Assembly (NCBI GenBank): GCA_015059845.1
Contig: SUZR01000011.1
Coordinates: 2,845-66,844, forward strand
Reading direction: 5' to 3'
DNA: 64,000 bases
Source of the DNA: Rikenellaceae bacterium
Lineage (GTDB): Bacteria > Bacteroidota > Bacteroidia > Bacteroidales > Rikenellaceae
In this document: one piece after another, positions 38,473 to 47,776 of the stretch
Layout: every line of letters starts with the position of its first letter
How positions within the stretch are numbered: position 1 is the stretch's first letter
Program-made: the position numbers and the translations under genes
Notes under the pieces: generated by a model
Database searches by the model: none
What the model saw: only the letters and a program-made list of their open reading frames with translations
Told to the model about the DNA's origin: nothing

Positions 38473-39412
38473 TGCGTTTTAACATTAATCCATAATCGTA
38501 AATATCAACCACCTCCGTTGAGTTCTCGCCCAGCCAGCCACTTTTGGCGTTGCAGGCGGTCTGCACCTTCACGAAGTCGATATATTTCAGCTCCACAGCC
38601 TCACCACTATCGTCCATAGCATTTGCTATGTCGAAGATATTAACCACTCGCTGCTCCGGCAGGTAATCCTGCGCGCTGAAGTTATCTGCATAACCCCAAT
38701 CGTAGGCAGGCTGCACCCAATAGGAGCCATTACCCGACTTATCGTAGTTGCGGGCCTCAAGGCGCGTGCCCGTCAGGGTGTAGCTCTCCTCCTTAATCCA
38801 CGCAGGGTAGTAGCTCGGCTGCGGGTGGAAGGCCTTCAGGTAATCAATCTCGCCCTCTTGTCCCTCGCTATCGCGCCACTTGACGGGTTGTCCCTCCGCC
38901 TCGGGACGAAAATATGTCACCGAGTAGTTTTGGATAGTCGCCGCCTTGCCCGTCTCACTGCCACGCAGTTCGTACCACGTATCGTTGGGCTCGCCGTCGC
39001 CATTCTCATCCTGCATAACCCACACAACACCCGGCTCGGACGAGCCGTCGAAGGCGTTGCCGCGGATAGCAATCTCGCTGCCGACAACATTATCCACACT
39101 ATGGTCGAAGCCGACAACAATATAACCGCCATAGCCGCCCAGCGACACGATAGTTCCCTCGCTCATACGGCGCTCGGCATAAGCCGCAGCAGCCTCGGGG
39201 GTAAGCTCCTCGCCCGTAAAGCCGCCCGTCTTGGCATCATTAATAAACTGCCCAGGGGCGGGGGTATATTCCCAAACTCTATCCCACTGCTCGGCCGACG
39301 AGGGCGTTGCAGCGCGATAATTATTATTTAACGTGATTGTGATCACATCGTCTTTATTACAAGACGATGCAACCACAACCATCAACATACACACAATTCT
39401 AAATATCCTCAT
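38465..39412 (-). CDS. Surface lipoprotein with PAPGQFIN domain (BtuH-like B12-binding candidate)
   Basis: Lipobox ASSC; EYTPAPGQFIN, SLGGYGGYIVVGFDH and SEPGVVWV..DENGDGEPNDTWYELRGS; ATG at 39412. Confidence 0.7.
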   Translation of the reverse strand: MRIFRIVCMLMVVVASSCNKDDVITITLNNNYRAATPSSAEQWDRVWEYTPAPGQFINDAKTGGFTGEELTPEAAAAYAERRMSEGTIVSLGGYGGYIVVGFDHSVDNVVGSEIAIRGNAFDGSSEPGVVWVMQDENGDGEPNDTWYELRGSETGKAATIQNYSVTYFRPEAEGQPVKWRDSEGQEGEIDYLKAFHPQPSYYPAWIKEESYTLTGTRLEARNYDKSGNGSYWVQPAYDWGYADNFSAQDYLPEQRVVNIFDIANAMDDSGEAVELKYIDFVKVQTACNAKSGWLGENSTEVVDIYDYGLMLKRNE

Positions 39413-39425
39413 TGGAATATTTTTT

Positions 39426-40577
39426 TTATTTCTCAAACCTAACTGCGACATCGTCGTAGGCGAAGTAGGCGGGAGAGCCCAATCCCCAAGCGCTGACCAT
39501 ATCGTCAGAGCCTGTGATGTTAAACTCAACCTTCAGAACCTTGCCGAGAGGTGTCAAGTCCCACTTGGTCCAATCGGTAACAAACTTCTTGCCCTCGGCC
39601 AGCAGATAGAACTCTACCTCGGTAGGCTCCGCATCCGTTGCGCTGTCATAACCATAGGCCGTAATCTTAAACCACGAGGTGTCGGAAGGCCCATTCTGGT
39701 ACGACGAGCCGAAGCCGTGGCCCTTGTAGATGTTATAATAGACATACGCAGTATTGGCAACCCACATATGGTCAACTACACGTGCTACACCATCCTCAAA
39801 CTCGATGCTCGGCAATGTCAAATCTCGGCCCGAGTCGGTATAGCCGTGGTGTATGCAGCAGTTTGCGCCGCTATGTGCGCCATCGGCATATACATACAGT
39901 TCGGTACTATATGACCCGTACTTCTCATACTCTCTTGTGTACGACTTCGACAACACGTGTCCCGATGCGTTGTAGGTCTTGCCGCGGCTTGTTTCGGGGA
40001 ATGCGTGCGAAAGGTTTGTATTGCCCGCATCGCTCCAGTTATACTCGCTGTCGCGGCCCATCCACTCGGGGTCGTATATCATATAATCGCCATAGTCCAG
40101 CGCGGGAATCAAATCCGACCACGTTGAGATAGAGTACGACGTACCCTGACAATCCAGGAAGGTGTAGGGCTCAAACTTCGCATCCTCATCCTCGAAGGTC
40201 AAGACGCGCAACTCGTAGTTGATAACGGGCAGCTTGATAACACGACCGTCGGCAAGAGTGATGATAACCATATCATCCTGCTCAACAATAGAAACAAAGA
40301 ACGAGTCGCCATCCTTACCGTTCGTAATCTCGATGGTGCTACCATCACTGAAGGTAAGCGTATAGCCGTTGTCGGTCTGGGTGGTTGCAACAATCACCTT
40401 ACCCTTGTTCAGGGCCTCAACCAGCGATGTGAGTGTAGCGATATCCTCCTGATTGGCAGTCACCTGCTCTTGCAGAGAGTTAACCTTATCCCACAAACCA
40501 GAGTCATCGTATTCGCACGATGTGAAAGCAACGGCGCTAAGCACCAATACAAGCATTGCAAAAAATCTCTTCTCCAT
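39426..40577 (-). CDS. Lipoprotein with DUF4988-like N-terminus and DUF4465-like C-terminus (paralog B)
   Basis: Lipobox FTSC; YDDSGLWDKV..GYTLTFSDG..ITNGKDG; DHMWVANTAY..SWFKITAYG..WTKWDL..YFAYDD. Confidence 0.75.
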   Translation of the reverse strand: MEKRFFAMLVLVLSAVAFTSCEYDDSGLWDKVNSLQEQVTANQEDIATLTSLVEALNKGKVIVATTQTDNGYTLTFSDGSTIEITNGKDGDSFFVSIVEQDDMVIITLADGRVIKLPVINYELRVLTFEDEDAKFEPYTFLDCQGTSYSISTWSDLIPALDYGDYMIYDPEWMGRDSEYNWSDAGNTNLSHAFPETSRGKTYNASGHVLSKSYTREYEKYGSYSTELYVYADGAHSGANCCIHHGYTDSGRDLTLPSIEFEDGVARVVDHMWVANTAYVYYNIYKGHGFGSSYQNGPSDTSWFKITAYGYDSATDAEPTEVEFYLLAEGKKFVTDWTKWDLTPLGKVLKVEFNITGSDDMVSAWGLGSPAYFAYDDVAVRFEK

Positions 40578-41685
40578 AGCACTAAATATTTTATTTTACT
40601 TTTCAAATCTTACGGCTACGTCATCATAAGCGAAGTAACCCGCTACACCAAGGCCGTATGGACCATACAAATCATCGCTACCTACGAGATTAAACTCCAC
40701 ACGAGTAACCTTTCCGAGTGATGCCAAATCCCACTTTGTCCACTCGCTTACACCTTTACGGCCCTTATTCCAGAGATAAAATTCTGCCTCACCACATCGC
40801 TCATCGTTCTCATCATAACCATAAGCGACAATCTTAAACCAGCTATCCTCTCCAGCACCTGTAGGAACCTGCCAACCGTCACCATTTGTCAAAAGGTTAT
40901 AAACATAAGTTGTGTTGGTAACATACATATGGTCGATAACACGAGACTCACCATCTGCAAATTCGAAATAAACCAGCTCATTCATCATACCCATACCTGA
41001 GTCATCCAGGTAACCAAAGTGTACGCAGAAATTATCCGACCCATTTGCACCACCAGTTACATTATATGCCTGCAAATCGTGCATATAATCCCCCTGCGAG
41101 AGGTCATTACCAGTATAGTTTGAGATAGCGTGACCTCCATAGCCAGGGAATAATGCCGTAGATGATGGATAGAATGCCAACTCGGTATTATTCTCATCAT
41201 CCCACGAATACTGGCCATTACCGTTACCATACTCGCCGCTTGAAATCAAACTTGACCAATAATTATCGCCTCCTGTTCCTTTATAATCCTCATCCTCAAA
41301 GGTCAAAACGCGCAACTCGTAGTTGATAACGGGCAGCTTGATAACACGTCCGTCGGCAAGAGTGATGATAACCATATCATCCTGCTCAACAATAGAAACA
41401 AAGAACGAGTCGCCATCCTTACCGTTTGTAATCTCGATGGTGCTACCATCGCTGAAGGTAAGCGTATAGCCGTTGTCGGTCTGGGTGGTTGCAACAATCA
41501 CCTTGCCCTTATTCAGGGCCTCGACCAGTGATGTGAGTGTAGCGATATCCTCCTGATTGGCAGTCACCTGCTCTTGCAGAGAGTTGAGCTTATCCCACAA
41601 ACCAGAGTCATCGTACTCGCACGATGTGAAAGCAACGGCGCTAAGCATCAGTGCCAGCATTGCAAAAAATCTCTTCTCCATAGCA
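40182..41685. repeat. ~400-bp direct repeat with period 1104 (5' halves of the two paralogs)
   Basis: 40182-40581 vs 41286-41685; about 16 mismatches by eye, mostly synonymous. Confidence 0.95.
40596..41681 (-). CDS. Lipoprotein with DUF4988-like N-terminus and DUF4465-like C-terminus (paralog A)
   Basis: Same architecture as 39426-40577; ATG at 41681 (MEKRFF). Confidence 0.75.
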   Translation of the reverse strand: MEKRFFAMLALMLSAVAFTSCEYDDSGLWDKLNSLQEQVTANQEDIATLTSLVEALNKGKVIVATTQTDNGYTLTFSDGSTIEITNGKDGDSFFVSIVEQDDMVIITLADGRVIKLPVINYELRVLTFEDEDYKGTGGDNYWSSLISSGEYGNGNGQYSWDDENNTELAFYPSSTALFPGYGGHAISNYTGNDLSQGDYMHDLQAYNVTGGANGSDNFCVHFGYLDDSGMGMMNELVYFEFADGESRVIDHMYVTNTTYVYNLLTNGDGWQVPTGAGEDSWFKIVAYGYDENDERCGEAEFYLWNKGRKGVSEWTKWDLASLGKVTRVEFNLVGSDDLYGPYGLGVAGYFAYDDVAVRFEK

Positions 41686-41887
41686 AAATATTTTAAGTTA
41701 ATAAAAGTTACGCTGTGGAGCAGAACCATAAATTAACTCAAAACATCCTTTTGCCGTAGAGCCAATGCCAACGGGGCAGCGGCGCAGTTGTTCGCCTGAG
41801 GCGGAACAAAAACTTATATTTTACGGATAAAATTAGTTTTGACTTGTCCCGTAGTCCTGCAGGTCACAAATCTTGTTTAACGCAAAA

Positions 41888-42100
41888 GGTAGGTCTTCTG
41901 ACTTGTTCCATTTGTGACGCCTTCCCAACGCCGCAGCGTCAGTGGCAAAGAGTGTCACAAACTAACTTCGTTTATCGGGCGGTGCATCAGGCATTTTCAG
42001 CCAATCGCCCCGAAGTGGAACTCACAGCAACAGGTATTGTTCCGGATTCTCACCGGATTCCCTATTATTCTCGGTGGCCGAGGGCCACACGGGAACCGTT
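41888..42100 (-). promoter_or_regulatory. Cobalamin riboswitch
   Basis: Minus strand AATAGGGAATCCGGTGAGAATCCGGAACAATACC..GCTGTGA..GCCACTG..GGGAAGG..AAGTCAGAAGACCTACC; upstream of the btu operon. Confidence 0.95.
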
Positions 42101-42109
42101 TGCTTAGTG

Positions 42110-42117
42110 CAAAGATA
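42110..42117 (-). promoter_or_regulatory. -7 box of the B12 operon
   Basis: TATCTTTG on the minus strand just upstream of the aptamer. Confidence 0.7.
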
Positions 42118-42180
42118 ATGAGTTTTTTTGTTTTGCAACTTTTTTATGGGATATTTTTTCGGGCGGGGTGTGGGAAATAA

Positions 42181-42207
42181 AAAACTCCCTCTAAAGAGGG
42201 AGTAAAA
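42181..42207. terminator. Terminator downstream of mqnD
   Basis: ACTCCCTCT-AA-AGAGGGAGT flanked by A runs on the plus strand (U tract on minus). Confidence 0.75.
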
Positions 42208-42255
42208 ATTCAGTGTCGGAAGCAAATATATGCGGCAAGCCCCCATCTTCCATTA

Positions 42256-42282
42256 GAAATTGTATAACAAGAGCTATTTTGA
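42256..42282. repeat. 27-bp fragment of the 30798 palindromic element overlapping the mqnD stop
   Basis: GAAATTGTATAACAAGAGCTATTTTGA vs GAAACTGTATAACAAGAGCTATTTTGA (1 mismatch). Confidence 0.85.
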
Positions 42283-43053
42283 TATTCCTGTGAGTGCCTC
42301 CATTGCCTGACGACCCTCCTCACCGAGCGAAAGTGAGAAATCATTAACGAAGAGTGAAATATGCTTATCAATCACATCATCCTCAAGCTCCTGCGCGTGC
42401 TGCTTGACAAACTCGCGCGAGGCCATAGGATTGGCAAAGGCGTATTCGATACTGCGCCTCAAGACGCGCTCCACCCTCTGCTGTACATCCTCCGGTAAAT
42501 TGCGCCTTACGACAATACCGCCCAACGGCAGGGGCAGCTGCGTGCGTGCCTCCCACTCCAGACCGAGGTCGGCAACCAACTCCAGCTGACGACGCTCATA
42601 GACAAAGCGCCCCTCGTGAATCAACACACCGCCATCCGCCTCGCCTCGCTCAACGGCGGCTGCAATCTCGGAGAAGAGCATCGGTGTGCGCACCTCGATT
42701 TCGGGGAACAATCTACCTATCAGAGCATTAGCCGTAGTATGCTCACCCGGCACAAGGATATGCCTCAGCTCGCCACGCTCACCCTTACGTCTTACCAGCA
42801 GAGGGCCATTGCCACGCCCCAGAGCCGCACCGCTATCCAGCAGGCGGTAGTGCTCGGTGATGGCGGGCAGCACGGCACAACTGATTTTGCTCACATCGGG
42901 CAGAGCCTGCTGCACACCCGCATTGAGCTCCTCAATGTCGTGGAACTCGACCTCAAAGGCAAGCCCCTCGCAATCGACACGGCCGTTGACGATTCCGTCA
43001 AACATAAAGGTGTCGTTAGGGCAGGGCGAAATGGAAAGACGTAACGGTTTCAT
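42274..43053 (-). CDS. mqnD: 1,4-dihydroxy-6-naphthoate synthase (futalosine pathway)
   Basis: SISPCPNDTFMF, DIEELN, GAALGRGNGP, GVLIHEGRF, LPLPLG and HISLFVNDFS motifs. Confidence 0.95.
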   Translation of the reverse strand: MKPLRLSISPCPNDTFMFDGIVNGRVDCEGLAFEVEFHDIEELNAGVQQALPDVSKISCAVLPAITEHYRLLDSGAALGRGNGPLLVRRKGERGELRHILVPGEHTTANALIGRLFPEIEVRTPMLFSEIAAAVERGEADGGVLIHEGRFVYERRQLELVADLGLEWEARTQLPLPLGGIVVRRNLPEDVQQRVERVLRRSIEYAFANPMASREFVKQHAQELEDDVIDKHISLFVNDFSLSLGEEGRQAMEALTGISK

Positions 43054-45740
43054 TACAATGCAGTTTCAAATTCGTAGTGGCCCGAGCGCACCTTATACAA
43101 GGCATAACCCTCGCGTACACCCTTGCGGATAACATTTTCAGACTCCTCGAACTCGGGCACAGCACCCTCGAAGGGGAGCCACAGCGTAGCCGTAGCTCCA
43201 ACGGGCACATCGCAGGCAATATTGAAGCGGCCATCCTTATGCTCCCAGCGGATAGCAATCTGGCCGTATGTCGTGTCGTGCGTGTACTCCACCCACTCCA
43301 GACCTGCAGGCACCACGGGGCGTACATCGAACGAGCGGAAGCCCGCATCCACAGCACGCAAGCCCGCCAAGTCGCGGTAGAACCAGCCGATACCACCGCC
43401 GAACATCGGGTGGTTGTGCGAGTTACCGCCATCCCACTGCTCCCACGTAACGGTTGCGCCCTGCTCAATCCACCAACCGAATGAGGGGAAGTCACGCTGA
43501 TTTATCATCTTGTAGGCCAAATCCTTAAGGCCATTATCGCACAGCACCTCAAAGAGGAAGCGTGTACCGACAATACCCGTATCGAGGTGGTCGTTCACCT
43601 CGGCGATATTCTGTCGCAGAGCCTCAACGACCTTCTCACGACGCTCCTCAGGTACGCCTATCTTCAATGCCAAAACATTGCTGCCATACTTGCCATACGA
43701 GCCCGTTGCGGGGTCGTAGAGGTTGTCGTGGAACGCCTTAGCAGCTGCATCGCGGATAGCCTCAAACTCCGTGGCATCCTTGCCCAACGAGTGAGCCGTA
43801 CGAACTGCTATATCGGCGCACTGCCACAAGAAGTAGGTATGCACCAGCTCGGCACGCGGTAACTCACGCGGCGGCAACCAATCGCCAAGATTCTTCCACT
43901 TCTGCACATCATTCGAGAGCATAAGGCCCGTATCGCTATCGACCCACGTTGTCATCCAGCGCACGTGGCGACGCATAGCGTCGAAGTTCTGCTCCAGAAC
44001 GCGTCTGTCGCCATAATGCACGTAGAACTCCCACGGCATAATCTCCATTGCGGCACCCCAGCCTACGCCACCGCCACAGCCCGGCTGCCACGGCGCACCG
44101 TTGGGGACGTATCCACCCGGAGTCTGCGCACCACGAATATCGCGCAGCCACTTGTTGTAGAAGGTCTGCGCATCGAAGTTATGCATAACCGTAACGCACG
44201 CCACCTGACCATCGCCCGTGTAGGGTGAACGCTCGCGGTGGGGGCAGTCGCTGGCTATTGCGCCGTGCATATTGTCGAGCTGGCTACGACGCCAAATCTG
44301 GTTTATCTTATTTATAAGGTCGTTCGAGGTTGCGAACTCGCCCGCATAATCGACATCCGAATTGACGGCGTGCGCCTCGACCTGCTCGGCCGTGAGGTTG
44401 TCAATGCCGCGCACCTCAACCTCCGAGAATACAAACCACGTGAAACGTGCGTGGTAAGACTCGTCGCCCGAGCCGTTGGCCGTATAGCTGTTTGTGCCCT
44501 GACCCGGCGACTCGGTGACGTACTTGATATCAATCTTCTGACCCTTCTCGGCCTTGATATTCTTCAGCGCCATCCATCCCGAAATCTCCTCGGGGAACTT
44601 GATGCGTATGTGGTCCTCCTTCTTCTCAAACTCGATGGGGGCATAACGCTTTGTAATGCGGTCGGCAGGGCCATTTTGCGGAATGAGCTTGCCGATAGGA
44701 GCCTTTTTCAGAGCCACCTGCTGCCACGCCGAATCGTCATAGGCCGCAGTAGCCCAGCCCTTATGCTCAAGGCGTGCATCGTAGTGCTCACCCAGGAATA
44801 TCTGGTCGCTGATAATTGCAGAGCGCTCGGCACGCCACGAAGTATCCGATGCGATAACTTCGCGCGAGCCATCCTCGTATAGAATCTCAATCTGACCCAT
44901 AAAACGTGGCGTACCATAACCCATTGCAGGCCAGTGGCGTACCATATCGTAGAAGCCATTGCCGAGGATTACACCTACCGTATTCTCGCCCTCGACGAGC
45001 AGATTCTCCACTTCGTGCGTAAGGTACATCACGAGATACTCCTCAAAGGGGTCGGTAACTACAATGTCGCGTGTATTAAGTTCGGGACGGGTTGTGTAGT
45101 TGGTCTGGTTGGGTGAGAGGTAATCCTCGCCCACACGCTCGCCGTTGATATATAGCTCAAAGTAACCCAGACCTGTGCCATAGAAGCGTGCCTCTTTAAC
45201 CTTCTTGCTTACCGTAAACTCCTTGCGAAGCAGCGGCGCGGGCACGACATCCTTCGATTTCATCATATCATACGAATCCTCGCCCTGCCACGGAGCGCCA
45301 ATCCACTTGCCCTGCCACTCCTCTTTGCTTAGCAGACCCATATGCCAACGTGCAGGCGCACTCCACGCCGAGGCGCGACCCTGCTCGTCCCATACCATCA
45401 CCTGCCACCAATACGAGGTGCGCGACTCGAGCGGCTTGCCCTTATAGGTGATAAAGGCCGACTCGGCCGAGGTGACCTTGCCCGTATCCCACACGGGAGC
45501 GGAGAAGTCATCGGGCGAGGTGGCTACGCGGATGCGGTAGGCTGTCTGCGCGGCGCCATTCGTCTTTGCCGTATTCTCGTTTATCCACGACAGGCGCGGA
45601 TTCTGGATATCAATAACGGGGTCAGCGTCGTACTCGCACGTAAGCTGTGCGGGTGTGATGGTTGATGTGCCATCCACCGCCGCAGCGGCCGAGAGCGTAA
45701 ATGCCACGATGGCCACCAGCAAAAGATAAAATCGTTTCAT
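43053..45740 (-). CDS. GH78 alpha-L-rhamnosidase
   Basis: Signal peptide, LTCEY..NPRLSW, GLGYFELYING, SDCPHRERSPYTGD, GATVTWEQW..SHNHPMFG. Confidence 0.92.
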   Translation of the reverse strand: MKRFYLLLVAIVAFTLSAAAAVDGTSTITPAQLTCEYDADPVIDIQNPRLSWINENTAKTNGAAQTAYRIRVATSPDDFSAPVWDTGKVTSAESAFITYKGKPLESRTSYWWQVMVWDEQGRASAWSAPARWHMGLLSKEEWQGKWIGAPWQGEDSYDMMKSKDVVPAPLLRKEFTVSKKVKEARFYGTGLGYFELYINGERVGEDYLSPNQTNYTTRPELNTRDIVVTDPFEEYLVMYLTHEVENLLVEGENTVGVILGNGFYDMVRHWPAMGYGTPRFMGQIEILYEDGSREVIASDTSWRAERSAIISDQIFLGEHYDARLEHKGWATAAYDDSAWQQVALKKAPIGKLIPQNGPADRITKRYAPIEFEKKEDHIRIKFPEEISGWMALKNIKAEKGQKIDIKYVTESPGQGTNSYTANGSGDESYHARFTWFVFSEVEVRGIDNLTAEQVEAHAVNSDVDYAGEFATSNDLINKINQIWRRSQLDNMHGAIASDCPHRERSPYTGDGQVACVTVMHNFDAQTFYNKWLRDIRGAQTPGGYVPNGAPWQPGCGGGVGWGAAMEIMPWEFYVHYGDRRVLEQNFDAMRRHVRWMTTWVDSDTGLMLSNDVQKWKNLGDWLPPRELPRAELVHTYFLWQCADIAVRTAHSLGKDATEFEAIRDAAAKAFHDNLYDPATGSYGKYGSNVLALKIGVPEERREKVVEALRQNIAEVNDHLDTGIVGTRFLFEVLCDNGLKDLAYKMINQRDFPSFGWWIEQGATVTWEQWDGGNSHNHPMFGGGIGWFYRDLAGLRAVDAGFRSFDVRPVVPAGLEWVEYTHDTTYGQIAIRWEHKDGRFNIACDVPVGATATLWLPFEGAVPEFEESENVIRKGVREGYALYKVRSGHYEFETAL

Positions 45741-45759
45741 ATAGGGTTAGTTTTAAGTT

Positions 45760-46308
45760 CTATTCGGTAAATAGTTGCGCCACGACAGCCGCCAGAGCCG
45801 TCACAGCCTCACCCACGCGCCACTGCTCGAAGGGCTCGCCCACGCGGTTGGAAACAGCACGTATGTGGCAGAAGTTATCAATATCGAAGCTCGAGAGCGC
45901 AGCGGCCACGCCCGAACTCTCCATCTGCTCAACAACAGGTAGCTCGCCCATTACGATAGCCTCGTTGCGCATAGCGTCACCCGAACGGTTGACCGTAAGC
46001 GTGCGCACCTGCCGCAAGCCTGTAACCGACTCACACTCATACTCAAAGGCATACGCCTCGGGCAGACCCTCAATGCCATCGTGTACAACCTCCACAACCT
46101 CTCCCACGCTCACGCGCCCATCGCACGCGCCAGCAATGCCACACAGCACCACACGGCAGGGATTATGCGCCATAATCTCTGCGGCCGTAGAGGCTGCTGC
46201 GCGAGCCATACCAACGCCTATGATGGCTACGGCAGCATCGGGACGCAGCGTGCGAAACGGTGCCGCCTCAGCCTCAGTGGGGAAGAGGAAGAGTGTCTTG
46301 CCAGCCAT
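45760..46308 (-). CDS. mqnB: Futalosine hydrolase / MTA-SAH nucleosidase family
   Basis: PTEAEA, IGVGMARAA, LCGIAG, EQMES and IRAVSNRVG motifs; same operon as mqnD. Confidence 0.8.
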   Translation of the reverse strand: MAGKTLFLFPTEAEAAPFRTLRPDAAVAIIGVGMARAAASTAAEIMAHNPCRVVLCGIAGACDGRVSVGEVVEVVHDGIEGLPEAYAFEYECESVTGLRQVRTLTVNRSGDAMRNEAIVMGELPVVEQMESSGVAAALSSFDIDNFCHIRAVSNRVGEPFEQWRVGEAVTALAAVVAQLFTE

Positions 46309-46309
46309 A

Positions 46310-47707
46310 CTACTCCTGGCCTACGGTAGCCTCAACATCCTCTACGGTGATAGGAATCATCTTATCGCCTCCGATGCGGTATGAGCCCGCGTCGGTTACA
46401 ACCAAGTCATCCTCCAGACGGATGCCGCCGAAGTCGCGGTACTGCTCCAGCTTATCGTAGTTAACGATACCCTTGCACTTACCCTCGGCCTTATACTTAT
46501 CAATCAAATCGGGAACGAAGTAGATACCAGGCTCATCCGAGAGAACGGTGCCCGGCATCAGTCGCCACCACTGGCGTGTGATGCAGCAAGCCGAAGCCTT
46601 GGCACGCTCCTCCAACTCGGCAAATGAGAATGAGCGCTCGCCGATATTCTCGCAGTCGTGAACATCCAGACCGATACCGTGACCCAAACCGTGAGGCATA
46701 AAGAGATATGCAGCACCTGCGGCGATAGCGTCATCCACCGAGCCACGCACCAAATCCAGCTCCTTCAAGCCCTCGATAAGGGTGTGGAACGCCACATCTG
46801 AGTACTCCGAGTACATCATACCCGGGCGCAGAGCCGCAGCGGCATCGTCGTGAGCCTTCAATACGATATTATATACATCCTTCTGCTTCTCGGTAAACTT
46901 ACCACCCACGGGGAAGGTACGGGTATGGTCAGACACGTAGCCGTTCAGATGCTCACCACCCGCGTCGCACAACAGCAGGCGACCCTGCTGCATCGTGCCC
47001 GAGTGGTCGTGGTTATGCAGCACCTCGCCGTGCTGCGAGAGGATAGTGGTGAACGACACGCCTGTGCCATAGCGCAGAGCCATACCATCGACCATACCTG
47101 CCACCTCGTGCTCCGAGCGGCCGGGGCGTGTGGCACGCATAGCGGTAGTGTGCATCTGGTAGCCAATCTCGAAGGCCTCCTCCAGAGCTGCAAGCTCCTC
47201 AGCACCCTTCTTCTCGCGCATCTCGGCAACGGCAAACAGCAAATCGATAGACTTGCGGGCGTGCAACATCTCAGGCTTGATACCGAGCAGATCCGACAAC
47301 ATCAGCTTCGTCTCACCGCGATAAGGGGGAAGGTAATGCACCTCACGACCCAAAGCGATGGCACGCTGAACATCCACCACGAGCTGTGCCATAGGCTTCG
47401 CCTCGGCAACGCCCACCTCATCGGCAAAGTCGCGGATTGTGGGCTGCGGGCCCATCCAGATGATATCCTCAACGGTGAAGTCATCGCCATAGAGCGTATC
47501 CACACCGCTCTCCACGTCAATCACACCAGCCAGCGCGGGAACGCTATGGCCGAAGAAGTAGAGGAACGTTGAGTCCTGACGGAAGTGATATGTATTATTG
47601 GGATAGTTGAAGGGTGACTCCACGTTACCGGGGAGCAAGATGATACCCTTACCAATGCGGCGGCGCAACTCGGCGCGGCGTGCTGAATAAATCTCTGATG
47701 CGAACAT
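46310..47707 (-). CDS. pepP: Xaa-Pro aminopeptidase (M24B)
   Basis: FRQDSTFLYF, LCDAG..YVSDHTRT, PHGLGHGIGLDVHD, EPGIY and GIRLED motifs. Confidence 0.93.
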   Translation of the reverse strand: MFASEIYSARRAELRRRIGKGIILLPGNVESPFNYPNNTYHFRQDSTFLYFFGHSVPALAGVIDVESGVDTLYGDDFTVEDIIWMGPQPTIRDFADEVGVAEAKPMAQLVVDVQRAIALGREVHYLPPYRGETKLMLSDLLGIKPEMLHARKSIDLLFAVAEMREKKGAEELAALEEAFEIGYQMHTTAMRATRPGRSEHEVAGMVDGMALRYGTGVSFTTILSQHGEVLHNHDHSGTMQQGRLLLCDAGGEHLNGYVSDHTRTFPVGGKFTEKQKDVYNIVLKAHDDAAAALRPGMMYSEYSDVAFHTLIEGLKELDLVRGSVDDAIAAGAAYLFMPHGLGHGIGLDVHDCENIGERSFSFAELEERAKASACCITRQWWRLMPGTVLSDEPGIYFVPDLIDKYKAEGKCKGIVNYDKLEQYRDFGGIRLEDDLVVTDAGSYRIGGDKMIPITVEDVEATVGQE

Positions 47708-47739
47708 ATTTTTCTGCTTTTACTTTATTGACGAATGAA

Positions 47740-47775
47740 ATAGGTGTTATAGGTGTTATAAGTATTATAGGTGGT
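47740..47775. repeat. Second array of the 9-bp unit (4 copies)
   Basis: ATAGGTGTT ATAGGTGTT ATAAGTATT ATAGGTGGT next to the U32 stop codon. Confidence 0.85.
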
Positions 47776-47776
47776 G

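Noticed and set aside
41730-41887. Second riboswitch or terminator in the B12 leader
   Set aside because: A TTGTTCCGCC/GGCGAACAA hairpin exists but has no downstream U tract and no aptamer motifs.
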